A stretch of DNA of 63,765 nucleotides, counting the filler, from Reclinomonas americana ATCC 50394 (Eukaryota): the NCBI GenBank assembly GCA_048213135.1. It is 9 parts of 9 records of this genome, joined end to end, with 100 filler letters (N's around TTAATTAATTAA, not from the genome) between each part and the next. Parts side by side here need not be neighbours in the genome. Positions count along the whole stretch, not along the records: positions 1 to 4,138 come from AFZH01022799.1; positions 4,239 to 7,665 come from AFZH01022800.1; positions 7,766 to 25,377 come from AFZH01022801.1; 6 more parts are not named here. The stretch is one strand, 5' to 3'. Shown here piece by piece: positions 1 through 16,869 of the stretch. The notes under the pieces were generated by a model that saw nothing but the letters and a program-made list of their open reading frames with translations, had not been told where the DNA came from and did no database searches. The position numbers were made by a program, and so were the translations under genes. Every line of letters begins with the position of its first letter. Position 1 is the stretch's first letter.

Positions 1-473
1 GCGAAGGGGGGAAGCGAAGGGGGAAGCGAAGGGGGAAGCGAAGGGGGAAGCGAAGGGGAAGCGAAGGGGGAAGCAAAGGGAGGAAGCAAAGGGAGGAAGC
101 GAAGGGGGAAGGGAACGGGGAAAAGCGAAGGGGAGAAGCGAGAAGGGGAAGCGAGAAGGGGGAAGCGAGAAGGGGAAGCGATGGGGGAAGACGGAAAGGG
201 GAAGTGATGAGGAAGTGATGGGGGAAGACGGAAGGGGGAAGACGGAAGGGGGAGCAAAGGGAAGACAAATGGGGGGGAAGCAAAGGGGGGAAGCGAAGGA
301 GGGAAGCGAAGGAGGGAAGCGAAGGAGGGAAGTGAAGGGGGGAAGCGAAGGGGGAAGCGATGGGGGAAGCGATGGGGAGCGAAGGCGGGAAGCAAAGGGG
401 GAAAGGGTGAGAGGGGGGAAAGGGGGAAGGGAAAGGGAAGAGAAGCGAAGGGGGGAAGCGAAGGGGGAAGCGA
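1..473. repeat. Degenerate ~12-13 nt tandem repeat (GGGGGAAGCGAA)n, probably intronic in the minus-strand gene
   Basis: Dozens of near-copies of G5-6AAGCGAA are visible; C/T-rich on the minus (sense) strand. Confidence 0.85.
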
Positions 474-557
474 TCACGTGAGAGAGAGAGAGAAGGAGGA
501 GGAAGAGGAGGAGGAGGATAGAGACAAGGAACAGTCCCACAGCAGCCTGCAGGTAAC

Positions 558-3010
558 TCTTGTGTAAAACTTCCAAAGATTGAACACGCGACGGAGATTA
601 TATCGCGGCCGCGACATCTCATCCACCACAGAGAGCACAAACACCGCGCGAGCCATAATGTCGACCACATCAGTGTGACCTGTTGGAGAGTGAGCAAGAG
701 AGACAGACAGACAGAGACTGAGAAAGAGAGAGATGACTCAACGAGCAGTGAAACCGCATTGCGACTTTTCAGTGACACGTCGCCATCGAAGCCACATGCG
801 ACGTAGCCGCGACTGCCCAATAAGCTGAACATTTCCGCGTTCGCCTTGGCGTTGCCTGCGACACAAAAAGAAAGAAATGAGCAGAGGACACTTCACAGGA
901 CAGCTCACAAAAGACGCAACAATCGCTTCTGCTTGGCCGCAGCGCATCCGCTCCGGAAGCCCACGAATGCACGCTTGAGTGACTCGTTGTTAACCTGGCG
1001 ATGCGCAAGTGAGACGATGATGAACGTCGAACAATGGATGAAACGTCGACGAAACAGCTCGTGTGGCCTGAATGACGAGTGCGGCGCCTCGCCAGCGTTG
1101 CAGAGCGTGTCGTAGGAGCCACTGATCGTGCATGCGGAAGACCTGTGCGCGGTACTCGATCATCTCGGTGGTGTTGCGCAAGGCGCGCTTCCAGCGCGTG
1201 AGGATCCGACGTTTGTAGACCAGTGGACCCATGGCCTCCGCCTGTTGCCAACGACAGTGAGTGTGCGTTTAAAAGCTACTCTGTGTGTGTGTGTGTGTGC
1301 GGAATCACGGACCTTGCGACACCGCGAGCGCCACCACAGCAAGTGATTCTGAATGCGCATCCAGTCGGGAAACGCCGGCGAATACCAGAGTGGATACGGT
1401 TCGCCCGAGCGGCGACATATTCTGGCCAGCACCCATCGTCGCCACATGTGGAAGGTGTTGAGGCGGGCGCGGCGCATGAAGGCCTCGAGGGTGCGCTGGG
1501 CGACCTCGCGACGGTTGCGTCGGTCCAGGGCGTTGAACATGATGCGTTTGAGGCCGCGGATCATGAGGCGTTTCTGGGAGAGGGAGATAATGGGAAAGGG
1601 AAGGAAAGGGATGTGAATTAGATGGGACGAAGGAAGGGAGAGAGAGAGATGTACAGGGCAGTGGGTAGGCAGAGCAAGCGATGAACGAAGAAAGAAACGT
1701 GAGCATGAAAACTGTCTCCGAACAAAATGATGAGCAACGAAACAGAAGCGAGCGGCAGAGAGATTCCGAGATGCAGACTTCGAAGGTCCACAGAGAACAC
1801 AGCGGATGGTGAGAGAGAGAGAGAGAGGCACAGCAAGATAGGACCTCAGCAACTTCCCTTGCCTCTCTCCTTACGCACTCTCTCCACCCTGCCCCCTCAC
1901 CCCCTTCCCCTTTTTTACCTTGCTGTGCCTGGATGCGAGGTGATTCGTGTACCAGTTGTGGAAGAACGACTTCTTGCACCGACGATGCGTCTTGCGGAGG
2001 AGGCGGTAGAAACGGGTGAAACGCACTCGAGCCTCCAAACCAATCCACCACTCCTCGATCACGGCCACGGCCTGCACGCGCTGCTCAAAGCTGGCGCCCA
2101 CCGGCGGCACCTCCAGCTCGATCCACCGCCGATGCAACTCCTCGCTCCACGACTGCGCGCGAGTGACCAGTGCCTCGCACATGCTGAACAGCGCCTGCAG
2201 GTGACCGCGCGCCTGGATCACGTCGATCAGCGCCAGCGGACCGAATTCGGTGTCCAGCGGGGCTGCAGCTCGTCGGTGAGCTAATGGGAAGGGAAAGCCA
2301 GGTGGTGTGTGCACGTGCGCAACTTCTCTCCGTGACCCTGTCGACAAGCACATCGCCATTCACACTCCGCAAGCTGCGCTTCGGCACGGCGGCCTGCAGA
2401 AAAATGTAGAGATCGAGCAGGACGCGCTCGTCGGCCTTGATCAGCTGATGCGCCTGCTTCAGGTCGCGCAGGAGAGTGGCCTCGATCTCCAGAATGGCCA
2501 AGTCGTCGCGCGACGTCACCAATGTGGTCGACGGAGCCGTGGGATTGAGATCCAACACGAGATTCTCGCCATCGACTTTCGGTCCCATGGTCTCCACGCG
2601 ACCATCCTTCAGAATCACAGGCTTGCGTGACGACTGTGTCGCCGCGAGTGAGTTATGCTGGAGGACCGCTCGTGCCGCTGCAGACTCGCGCTGCTTCCGC
2701 TCGCTCTCCACCGAATTCACGAGCCGATTGGCCGATGTGAGCAGAAGTGGCACTCGCTGGCATGGACGTGGGAGAGATGAGGGGAGAGTGAAGGTGGTGA
2801 GAGCAGTGTGTGCGTGCGCAACGAGGAAGCTCTCAAGGCCCTGGTACAGTCGACTGCCCGGATTCTTCTCGGCCACCACCAGACACTCGAGTCGAGATTG
2901 ATGCCTTGCACGCGCGACAATGAGCACACATACACATCACACACACAGACAGAGACACACACATACCCTGCTTGCTGGAAGGACAGCAGCAGCGGGCGAA
3001 GATCGCCCAT
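558..3010 (-). CDS. Multi-exon hypothetical protein with Sfi1-like (centrin-binding-like) W-R repeats; 3' end runs off the window
   Basis: Exons join in frame via GT-AG from MGDLRPLLLSFQQAG (ATG 3010). Periodic motifs RLNTFHMWRRW, LLRHALQRWR, LRRMWLRWRR, LRRVFNLWKFY resemble Sfi1 repeats. Family call is tentative. Confidence 0.45.
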
Positions 3011-3094
3011 TCCCGTTTCTCTACAGAAACTGACACCGCACTCGGTCGACCGGAGCAGACAGGTGGAAACCCTTGTGACAACTCACGCAGCAAG

Positions 3095-3988
3095 ATGGCG
3101 TCTTCGCTTTACGGTAAGCACACACTTGTGCAAGAGAGGCATGCATGCAAGCGCGCGCGCGTCCTCATTTTTGTTGTTTGTTTTGTTTGTGTATTCTCAA
3201 AAAGATGCCATGTCGGAGGCGGGCGTGGAGCTTGTGCGCGACGGGCAATGTGCGCGTGTGTACCTCGACAATGGATGCATTGCGTGGATTGTGTTGGATC
3301 GACAGGACCGCACGGCGAATGTGATGGACGAGGCCTTTACGCGCGACATGACAGAGGCATGACAAACACACACACGCACCTGCACACGCGCAAGAGAGAA
3401 GAGTGTGTCTGTGTGAGAGAGAGAGAGAGAGAGAGCGTGTGTGCATGTGTGACTGATTGATTTGCATTTCTCTGTCTTGTCTCTCAGGTGCTCGGAGTTG
3501 TGGAGGAGTTGACCAACAAGAAACAGGCGCTGGCGGTGGCTCTGATCAGCGCCAAGTCGAGCTTTGTGGTGGGCGCTGATGTGACGATGGTTTGTGTGTG
3601 TGGTGCATCAGCTGGCGTTGCATCAGTGGTGGTGCTGAATGGTGTTTGGTTTAGATCTATCCGATTGCGGATAGCAGCCAGGCGGCGTTGGCGGCGCGGA
3701 CGGGACATGCGTTGCTGGTGAGGGGACGGTGGAAGTGGTTGGGGAAAGGGTGGAACGTCGCGTGGGTGGTGGCTGATGTTGTGTGATTGCAGAATAAGGT
3801 CGCTAACAGCAAGATTCCGGTGTGCGCGTGCATCAATGTTGCGGATGGGGGAAGGGAAAGGGGGAGGGCAAAGGGGGAATGAGAGGGAGGGAGGGAGAGG
3901 GAAGGGGATGGAAAGGCAAAGGGGGAATGGGAACGGGAGAGAAGGCAAAAGAAGGAGAGGAAGGGATGGAAAGGGAAAGAAGGCAGAG

Positions 3989-4046
<58 letters not shown>

Positions 4047-7000
4047 TAGTAGTACGTACGACGACGAGACGAGAGGAAGGAAGGAAGAAGTAGAGAGAGA
4101 AGTAGTACGTACGTACGTAACGTACGTACGTAGGTAGGNNNNNNNNNNNNNNNNNNNNNNNNNNNNNNNNNNNNNNNNNNNNTTAATTAATTAANNNNNN
4201 NNNNNNNNNNNNNNNNNNNNNNNNNNNNNNNNNNNNNNGAGAGAGAGAGAGGGTGAAAGTAATGTACTGCACATGCAGAGGGAGAAGAGGAATGCAGAAT
4301 GGAATGCTGAAACCTGCTTGGAAGAGGAAGGAAGAGAATGAAAGTTAGGGAAGGCGTGAGAGAGACGGGAGAGAGGGTGATGCACGGAGGGGAATGCAGT
4401 GCACAACACATGACAAGAGGGAGAAGAACCATGCAGAATGGCACGTAAGACTGCTTGCAATAGGAAGGAAGAGAAAGAAATGAGGAAGAGATGGAGAGAG
4501 TGAGAAGCAGTGCGCAGAACAACGAAGAGGGAGAAGAAGCATACAGAATGGCTCGGAAACCTGTTTGCAAGCGCAAGGAAGAGAAAGAAATGAGGGAGAG
4601 ATGGAGGGAGGGAGAGAGAGGGTGATGCAGCGAGGAGAAATCAGTGCGCAGCACAATAAGATGGAGAAGAGGCGTGCATCGGCTGGGGCAAGAAGAGGGA
4701 GTGCAGCAACAAGAGACTGGGGGCAGAATCGAAACATTGGGAGTGCCATAATTCATCCTTCCCATTCCGCGCTCTGCTCACTATTTCTGTCTCACAGGGC
4801 ACTTGCCTCGGTGGCGGCCTGGAAATCGCACTGGCGTGCCACTTCCGTGTGAGCACCGACGAGAGGAAGACGACGATTGGATTGCCGGAGGTCAAGCTCG
4901 GTCTGCTGCCTGGTGCTGGCGGTGTTGCGTCTTTCTCCTTGCTGAACGCGCAGCTTGAATGAGTAGTGCTGATAATGTGTGTGCACACAGACGGTGCGTC
5001 TGCCCAGGTTGATTGGAGTGCAAAAGGCACTGCAGATCATCTTGGCAGGAGGTGCGTGTGGTCATGAGTTGCTCCACGATCTTGATGTGTTGTTCATGTT
5101 GGAGCCGCAGGCACGGTAAACCCGGCTAAGGCCAAGGCCATTGGACTGGTCGATGCCGTGGTCGGTGGCAAGGATCGCTACAAGGGCGAGGGGCGGTGAG
5201 TTCAAGGGGAAGGGAAGGGGACAGGGAGGAGAAGGGGAGAGAGAGAGAGAAACAGAGGGCAAAGGAGAGGGAGAGAAGCTAAGGGAAAGGAGAGAGAGAT
5301 AAACATAGGAAAAAGGAAAGGGAGAGAGAAGCAGAGTGAGAGGGGAGAGAGTGAGAGGGGAGAGAGAGATGAGTTATTGTGGGCGCGTAATAGCAGGAGC
5401 ACAACGCTAAGCGGTCGTGGTGTCAACGAGTGCAGTGTAGTTGGCAAGAGAAGTGAGCGAGGCGGAGACCGTTTCTCAGTGCACCAGAGATTGCAGAACC
5501 GAGGTCGATGTGATGCATGTCGTGGTCGTAAAGTGCAGCATGGTAGCTAGAGAGAAACAGTGGAGAGTTTGCAAAACTGAGAGAAGCGTGTTTCCTTTTA
5601 CGTTCGTGTGGTTGCATGTGTGCCTTGAGAGTGTGAGTTCGTGTTTTGCGTTTGCAGAACTGAGGCAGCCCGTGTGTTTCCTTTTACGTTCGTGTGTGCC
5701 TTGGGAGAGTACGTACGTGTTTCGCGGAGTTTTTAAAAGCATAGGAGTGTGTGGATGTTCCGCGCAAAGCAAAGAATACAAGTGATGCAAAAGAGAGGTG
5801 TGACCGAGAATAGAAATACATGTTCCATTTGAAGCCGCTGTATTCAGGACACCGTCTTTTGTCGTGCGTCTCACTCTCTCTTCCCTTCCACCCCTTCCCC
5901 TTTTAACCTCTCAGATTTTTCAAGGAATGCCGCGTGTTCGTGGCCAAGCTGCTCGACAAGCCACCTGTCCGCAAGCCACGCGCCAAGCCGCTGTTTGACA
6001 GGCTGTTGGAGGACAACTCGCTGGGCCTGCATTTCATTGAGAAGCAGTCGGTGCAGATGCTGGACAAGGTTAGAGCGTATGTCAGTCGTTTTTTGACAGA
6101 GTTGGAAATCCAACCTATGCCACACACAGATGTCCAAGGGAAGGTACCCAGCTTCCTACCTGGCACTCAGCTCGGTGCTGCATGCAGCTCGCCAGCCGAA
6201 CATTCAAAAGGTAGCACGAACACTGTGAGCAGTAGAAGAATTTGTTCAAGGCGCTGACGTCGTGCTTGGCAGGCGTTCGAGTACGAGGCGCGCCTCTTTG
6301 GCCTCCTGGCGGCCACACCCGAGTCGAAGAACCTCATTTCCATTTACTTCCTCACCGAGGTGAGGGCGATGCATTCATTTCCGCGAATGGTGCCTGTCCT
6401 CACACCACTCTGCAGGACGCCAAGCGGCGTGCCAAGCTCACCGACAACGCCCCAGTGCACCCGGTGCGCAAAATTGGTGTCATTGGCGCGGGTGTGATGG
6501 GCAGTGCCATTGCGCAGCTGTTTGCGCAAAAGGGATTCAAGGTTTACATGAAGGTTTGTCGCAGGGGGAATGTGGGGAGAAAGAAAGAGCAAAGGGGGTG
6601 AAGGGGGAAGAGAGAGAGAGTTAGGAAGCGTTGGAAGTTTTTCCCCATACTTGCCTCAACACTCTCTTCGCTCCACCAGGACATCAAGCAAGAGTTCATC
6701 GACAACGGCATGAAGAACATTCGTTCCCTCTTCGAAGGCCTCGTCAAGCGCAACCGGTCAGTTTCCCACCTTCAATCCTCCCTCTCCATTCGCCTCTCAT
6801 CCCCCTTCCCCGTTAACAAAGCATGTCCGAGGAGGAGGGCAAGGCGGCGCTCGCCCGCGTCTCCGCCGGCGTGTCGTACGAGGGCTTTGCCGACGCCGAT
6901 GTGGTGGTGGAGGCAGCCGTGGAGGTGATGAGCCTGAAGAAGCGCATTCTGCAAGAGTGCCAGCAATCGATGCCGCAGCACTGCTTGTTTGCCACCAACA

Positions 7001-8678
7001 CGTCGTCGCTGTCGGTGACCGACTTGGCCACGGCCGCCACTCGCCCGGAGAACGTGCTCGGCATGCACTTTTTCAATCCGGTGAGCCGGATGCCGTTGGT
7101 GGAGGTCATTCGCGGTGTCAAGTCGTCCATGTCGGGTGAGGAAGGGAAGGGGAAGGGGAAGGGGAGGGTGAGGGGGAAGGGGACGGAGAAGGGAAAGGGA
7201 GGGAGGAGGAAGAACGGATAGAATGGATGAGTTTGTGAGGGAGCGATAATGCGAGAGACAGACAGACAGAGAGAGAGAGAGAGAGAGACAGCAATGGAGA
7301 TATTATGTGTATCTGTGTGTGCACGTGAGAGAGACGAAGAGAGTGTGTGGAATAGCGATAAAGCGATGCAGAATAAGAGAGAGAGAGAGAGAGAGAGAAA
7401 CAAAGACAGAGGTGCAAGGAGCGAAGAAGGACTCTCTCATATGCACATTACCCATCTCTCTGTCTTGTGCACCCGCTGTCACCCGCTCCCCTGTTTCTCA
7501 TCCTCTTCCCTTCCCACCCTCCGTCCTCTCCGTCCCCCTTTCCTTTCTCATCACCCTTCCCCCTTCGCCAGGCGTTGCCACCATCTATCAACTCACCCTG
7601 GACATTGGCAAGACGCCGGTCATTTGCGGCGACGCCCCCGGTTTCGTGGTGAACCGCATTCTGGGNNNNNNNNNNNNNNNNNNNNNNNNNNNNNNNNNNN
7701 NNNNNNNNNTTAATTAATTAANNNNNNNNNNNNNNNNNNNNNNNNNNNNNNNNNNNNNNNNNNNNGAGAGAGAGAGAGGGAGCGACGTCGCTATAGATGG
7801 TGGCTTCTTGTCATGTGCATATCGGTGTGCAGAAGGAGGGAGAGAAGGGACAAGAAATGAGTAATAATAGAAAGGGTTGCACAACACATTGCTTTCCGCA
7901 CTGAAAAGTGAGAGGAATGACGCTGTTGTTTTGGGAAGCCATGTATGTAAGAGAGTGTCTGTGCCGGAATTGTTTCCTGCTGTACCCTCGCCTTTGCCTT
8001 TCCTTCTCTCTCTTCGATCTCTGCTTTCCTCTCTTCTGTGTTTCTCTCATCCTTCAGTTAACCGTTGCCCCTCATTGCTTCTCTTCCATTGCCCCTCGTT
8101 TCTTCACTCTCTTCTTGTGTCGGTTCTTCTCTCTCCTCTCTTCTCTCGTCTCCACTCTTCCCTCTTCTCTTTTTCTATTCTCCTCTCCTTGCCCCCCATT
8201 GCCGCACTCTCTTCTTGTCTCGCAGTTCTTCTCTCTCTTCAAACCTCTCATATCTACTCTCTTCTATCCCATGGTATCTTCACTCTCTTCATGCTCCTGT
8301 CATTTCTTGTCTCTCATGTCTTCTCTCTTCTCTTGTCTTCCCCGTCACCCATCCCTTTCCCTTTCCCTCCCCCCGTCAGATCATGGGCACCGGTTTCGCT
8401 CCCTTCCGCGGCGGCCTTCTCAGCTACGCCGACTACCTCGGCGTCGCAAACGTGGTGAGAAGACTCGGCGATCTGGCCAAGTCGGTCGGAGCGCGCTTTG
8501 CTGCCTCGCAAAAGCTGGTGCGCATGGCCACCAACAACGAAAAGTTGCGCCTCCCCTCCTCTTCTCGTAATTGATTATGCCCCTTACTCACTCTCTCCCT
8601 GCAGATTCTTCCCGAAGCGCGTGACGGTGCCCGGCGAGCCAGGCTCCTCACTGCCGCTGCTGCGCGCCAAGCTGTGAG
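3095..8678 (+). CDS. Fatty-acid beta-oxidation multifunctional enzyme (enoyl-CoA hydratase + 3-hydroxyacyl-CoA dehydrogenase), FadJ/FadB/TFE-alpha type, with C-terminal PTS1 -AKL; spans two assembly gaps
   Basis: At least 16 exons. Motifs [53 protein letters not shown] (NAD binding), [33 protein letters not shown]. Ends LLRAKL-TGA at 8676-8678. Confidence 0.93.
4139..4238. other. Assembly gap with six-frame-stop linker TTAATTAATTAA (same at 7666-7765, 25378-25477, 35323-35422, 41194-41293, 45684-45783, 53668-53767, 59342-59441)
   Basis: Each gap is exactly 100 nt: N-run, TTAATTAATTAA, N-run. Confidence 0.98.
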
Positions 8679-8783
8679 CGCCGCCTCCATGGGGAGAGAG
8701 AGAAGAAAATGACGCAAACAACTGCTGCTCTCGATAATCGAGTAAACGAACAAAGTCCAAAAAACAAAATGCGTCGCTATTAC

Positions 8784-9661
8784 TCAGAGATGACTGAGCC
8801 GCTCCTCTAGCTCGCCCAGCTGCTGAATCTCCCGCCGCAGTTCCTCAATGTGCCGTCGCGATGCATCCGCCGACCACGACTCGCCATTTGGCTGCACGCA
8901 CAGGCAAAGTTAATGGCAATGAAGGCAAAGCTCGAGGCGAAGGAGATAAAGCAGGAAATAAAACAAGAGGTCAAAGGAGACAGAGCAGGCGGAAACACAG
9001 GAGACGAAGCAGAAGGCGAGCTCATGATTCCCTTCGCTCTCCTCTCTCTCTCTCTCTCTCTCTGCTTCTTTTGTCACCCTGTCACCTGTCCTGCTTCACT
9101 GCTCTCTCGTCTTCTTCTCTATCTCCCTCTCTCGTTCTCCAATCATCTCTCAGCCACCTCTCTTCTCCCTCTTTCACTCACACGCGCCCCAAATCCCCCT
9201 CCATATTCACACTCATCGCTCTCCGCCTCGACTCCCCACTGAGCCACGACACGAGAGAGATCAGGAGGCACAGTAGGAGGCAGAGGTGACGACACATGCC
9301 AGCCACTTGCTGACTCAGGAGCCTCGTTTCTCTCTGTCTCTCTGTCTCTCCCCTCCATTCTCCAGCACAACTTCACACTCGTCGCACACAACCTCGACTC
9401 CCCATTCAGCCCCGACATGAGAGAGATCAAGAGACAATGCAGGAGAAGCAGAAGAGACATGTTACTCACTCACTGAATAAGGAGCCTTCTCCCTCTCTTC
9501 TCCAGCACAACTTCACACGCGTCGCACTCCGCCTCGATTCCCCATTGAGCCACGACACGATCATGCAGAGCAGGAGGCGAAGCACAGGACGAATGTCACT
9601 CACTCAGACTCTGGAGCCCCGCCTGTCTTCCCCTCTTCCCCTCTTCCCCTCTTCCCCTCTT

Positions 9662-9698
<37 letters not shown>

Positions 9699-9905
9699 CT
9701 CTTCCCTCCCTTCCCCTTCTCTTCCCCTTTCCCTGCCCACCTTTGCACTCGTCGCACTCCGCCTCGACTCGCCATCCAACCACGACGACCGAATCGACGC
9801 AGTTGTCTCCACCCCATGCCCTCCTCCTCCTCCATTGCTCTCCTGCCCACTCCCAAGCGCCGCCAGCGCATCCTGTCTCCACGAGGCAGCCTGCTGCTGA
9901 TGCTG

Positions 9906-9950
<45 letters not shown>

Positions 9951-10865
9951 ATGTTGAGCAGCCACCTTCTGCTGATGATGATGATGCGGAGGAGCCAGAG
10001 GAGGCCGCGGAGACAGCCGCATCGTCAGCGCAGATCGCGTCAAACCCAGTTGCTGCAACTGCGCTCATTGCAGAGGTGAGAAAAACGAGAGAAAGACGGG
10101 GGAGGGAAAACACAGCACACGAAACGCAGAAATCAACGAGTTCTCGCTCCGAAGACAATGCCGACTGCGCAATGGCCAGTTCCGTGCGTAACCTGTGATT
10201 CTCGTGCTCCAAACGCACCTGGAATACAGCGAAATAAGTCGCTCATCATGAAGAGACAGTGTGCCTCTCTCTCTCAGTCTCTCTTCTCTCTCTGTATGTC
10301 TGCCTGTCTCTCTCTTCTCTCTGCCTGTCTGTCTGTCTGCATCCCTTCCACTGTCTGGCAGTCTCTGTCCTCTCTTTGTCTCTCTCAGTCTCTCTCTCCA
10401 CTCTCTCCTCTCTCTCGCCCTCCTCGTCTCTCTCTCTCTCTCTCTCTCTCACACTCTCTGTCTCTCTCTCTCTCTCTCTCGCCCCCTTCGTCTCTCTCTC
10501 TCTCTCTCCACTCTATCTCCGTCTGTCTCTCTCTGCTCTCTCCTCCCTTCCCCCCTCCCTTCTCCTTTCCCTCCCTCCCTCCCTTCTCCTTTCCCTCCCT
10601 CCCTCCCCCCACCCACCTGCTCTCTGACTGCATCCTGCACAAGTCCCTCCGCCGCATCCAACGCCATCTTTGCATGCTCCCGCTCCTCCCGCCGAATGCT
10701 GCGCTCGAGTGCCTCCAGCGACACCGCGCCCACCACGGCATCGCCTGCATGCGAGGCCGACAGCGGAGACAGCGTCGAGTGCGACGAGTGTGTGCCCGGA
10801 GAGAGCGAGGTGGAGAGACCTCGGCGATTGAGCTGCGGGAGAGCGAGCGGAGGAGACGAGTCCAT
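8784..10865 (-). CDS. Hypothetical coiled-coil protein with poly-Q tract
   Basis: ATG 10865 MDSSPPLALPQ...LEALERSIRREEREHAKMALDAAE; exon VRLEHENHRLRTELAIAQSALSSERE; (CAG)n exon at ~9890-9950; last exon ...RRHIEELRREIQQLGELEERLSHL-TGA at 8786-8784. Confidence 0.65.
9205..9795 (-). repeat. Three degenerate intronic copies of the preceding exon end (SWLDGESRRSATSAK-coding segment)
   Basis: Plus-strand core GTCGCACTCCGCCTCGACTC-CCA at ~9751 (exon) recurs at ~9521, ~9381 and ~9215. Confidence 0.8.
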
Positions 10866-10878
10866 TCTCTGTCGGTGT

Positions 10879-16060
<5,182 letters not shown>

Positions 16061-16869
16061 TCACCCACTTGCTCAGACTCAAAAGCTTGCGTGTGTCAAA
16101 CTGAATCGCACAAAGACAGCTCCCCCAAATGCAGTCGCGCAATGTAATGCAGAGGTGAAGGGGAAAGGGGAGGTGAGGCGCACGCTCAAGCGGGTTTGCG
16201 CGCTCTCCTGGATCCAAATCGATGTCAAAATGACAAGTGTGCAGGACACAGCGAGTAATACGCGTTGGCGGTGAGAGCAGCGCGCACGGAAGGGGGCTAC
16301 ACATGCATGCCACTATATTTGCTCACTGGCCTCTGCCAAACACGCTGGAATGCGACGTCAAAGTGAAAGAATGCGCAGGATTAATATTGACACTCTGCTG
16401 CACGGAGAGCAGCACGCTCGTTCGCGGTGAGGTCGGCGCGTAGGGAACGGGACTACGCATGCATCGCACCTCTATCCGCTCGCTGGCGCAAAAAACGCCG
16501 AGATCTGGAATGCGACGACGTCGTGCAAATGCAGTGCACGTGATAGTTACTGTTTTTTCTGGAAGAGAAGAACGGAGCAGTCACTGAAATTGGACATTGT
16601 GCTGAATACTTTTCACTCTCCCGACCTCCACCACAGAACACGACGTCAATGAGAAGTCTTCGTAGACAGCTCTGCCTCCACGACTCCCAGTTCCACAGCC
16701 GTAGACTGCCTTCGAATTCACGCAGAACGACTGCAGTGAACTCTGGCCATTATCCAAGAACCGCACATCAGTTGCAACTCTCTGCGAGCCTGCTGCGAGC
16801 TGCGATTCAGTCTGTGACACAACTGGTCATGGCGCCAATGCTGTGCTCGGCAGCAGAGAACATGCACAG

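Noticed and set aside
1..473. G-rich repeat as telomere
   Set aside because: Irregular 12-13-mer lying inside an unfinished minus-strand gene; similar G/A tracts occur in internal introns
4043..4138. TACG/GTAC-like repeats at contig ends (also ~35305-35322)
   Set aside because: Confined to contig ends after microsatellites; resembles pyrosequencing flow-order (TACG) noise
4183..4194. TTAATTAATTAA palindrome repeated eight times
   Set aside because: Always centred in N-runs; an artificial six-frame stop linker
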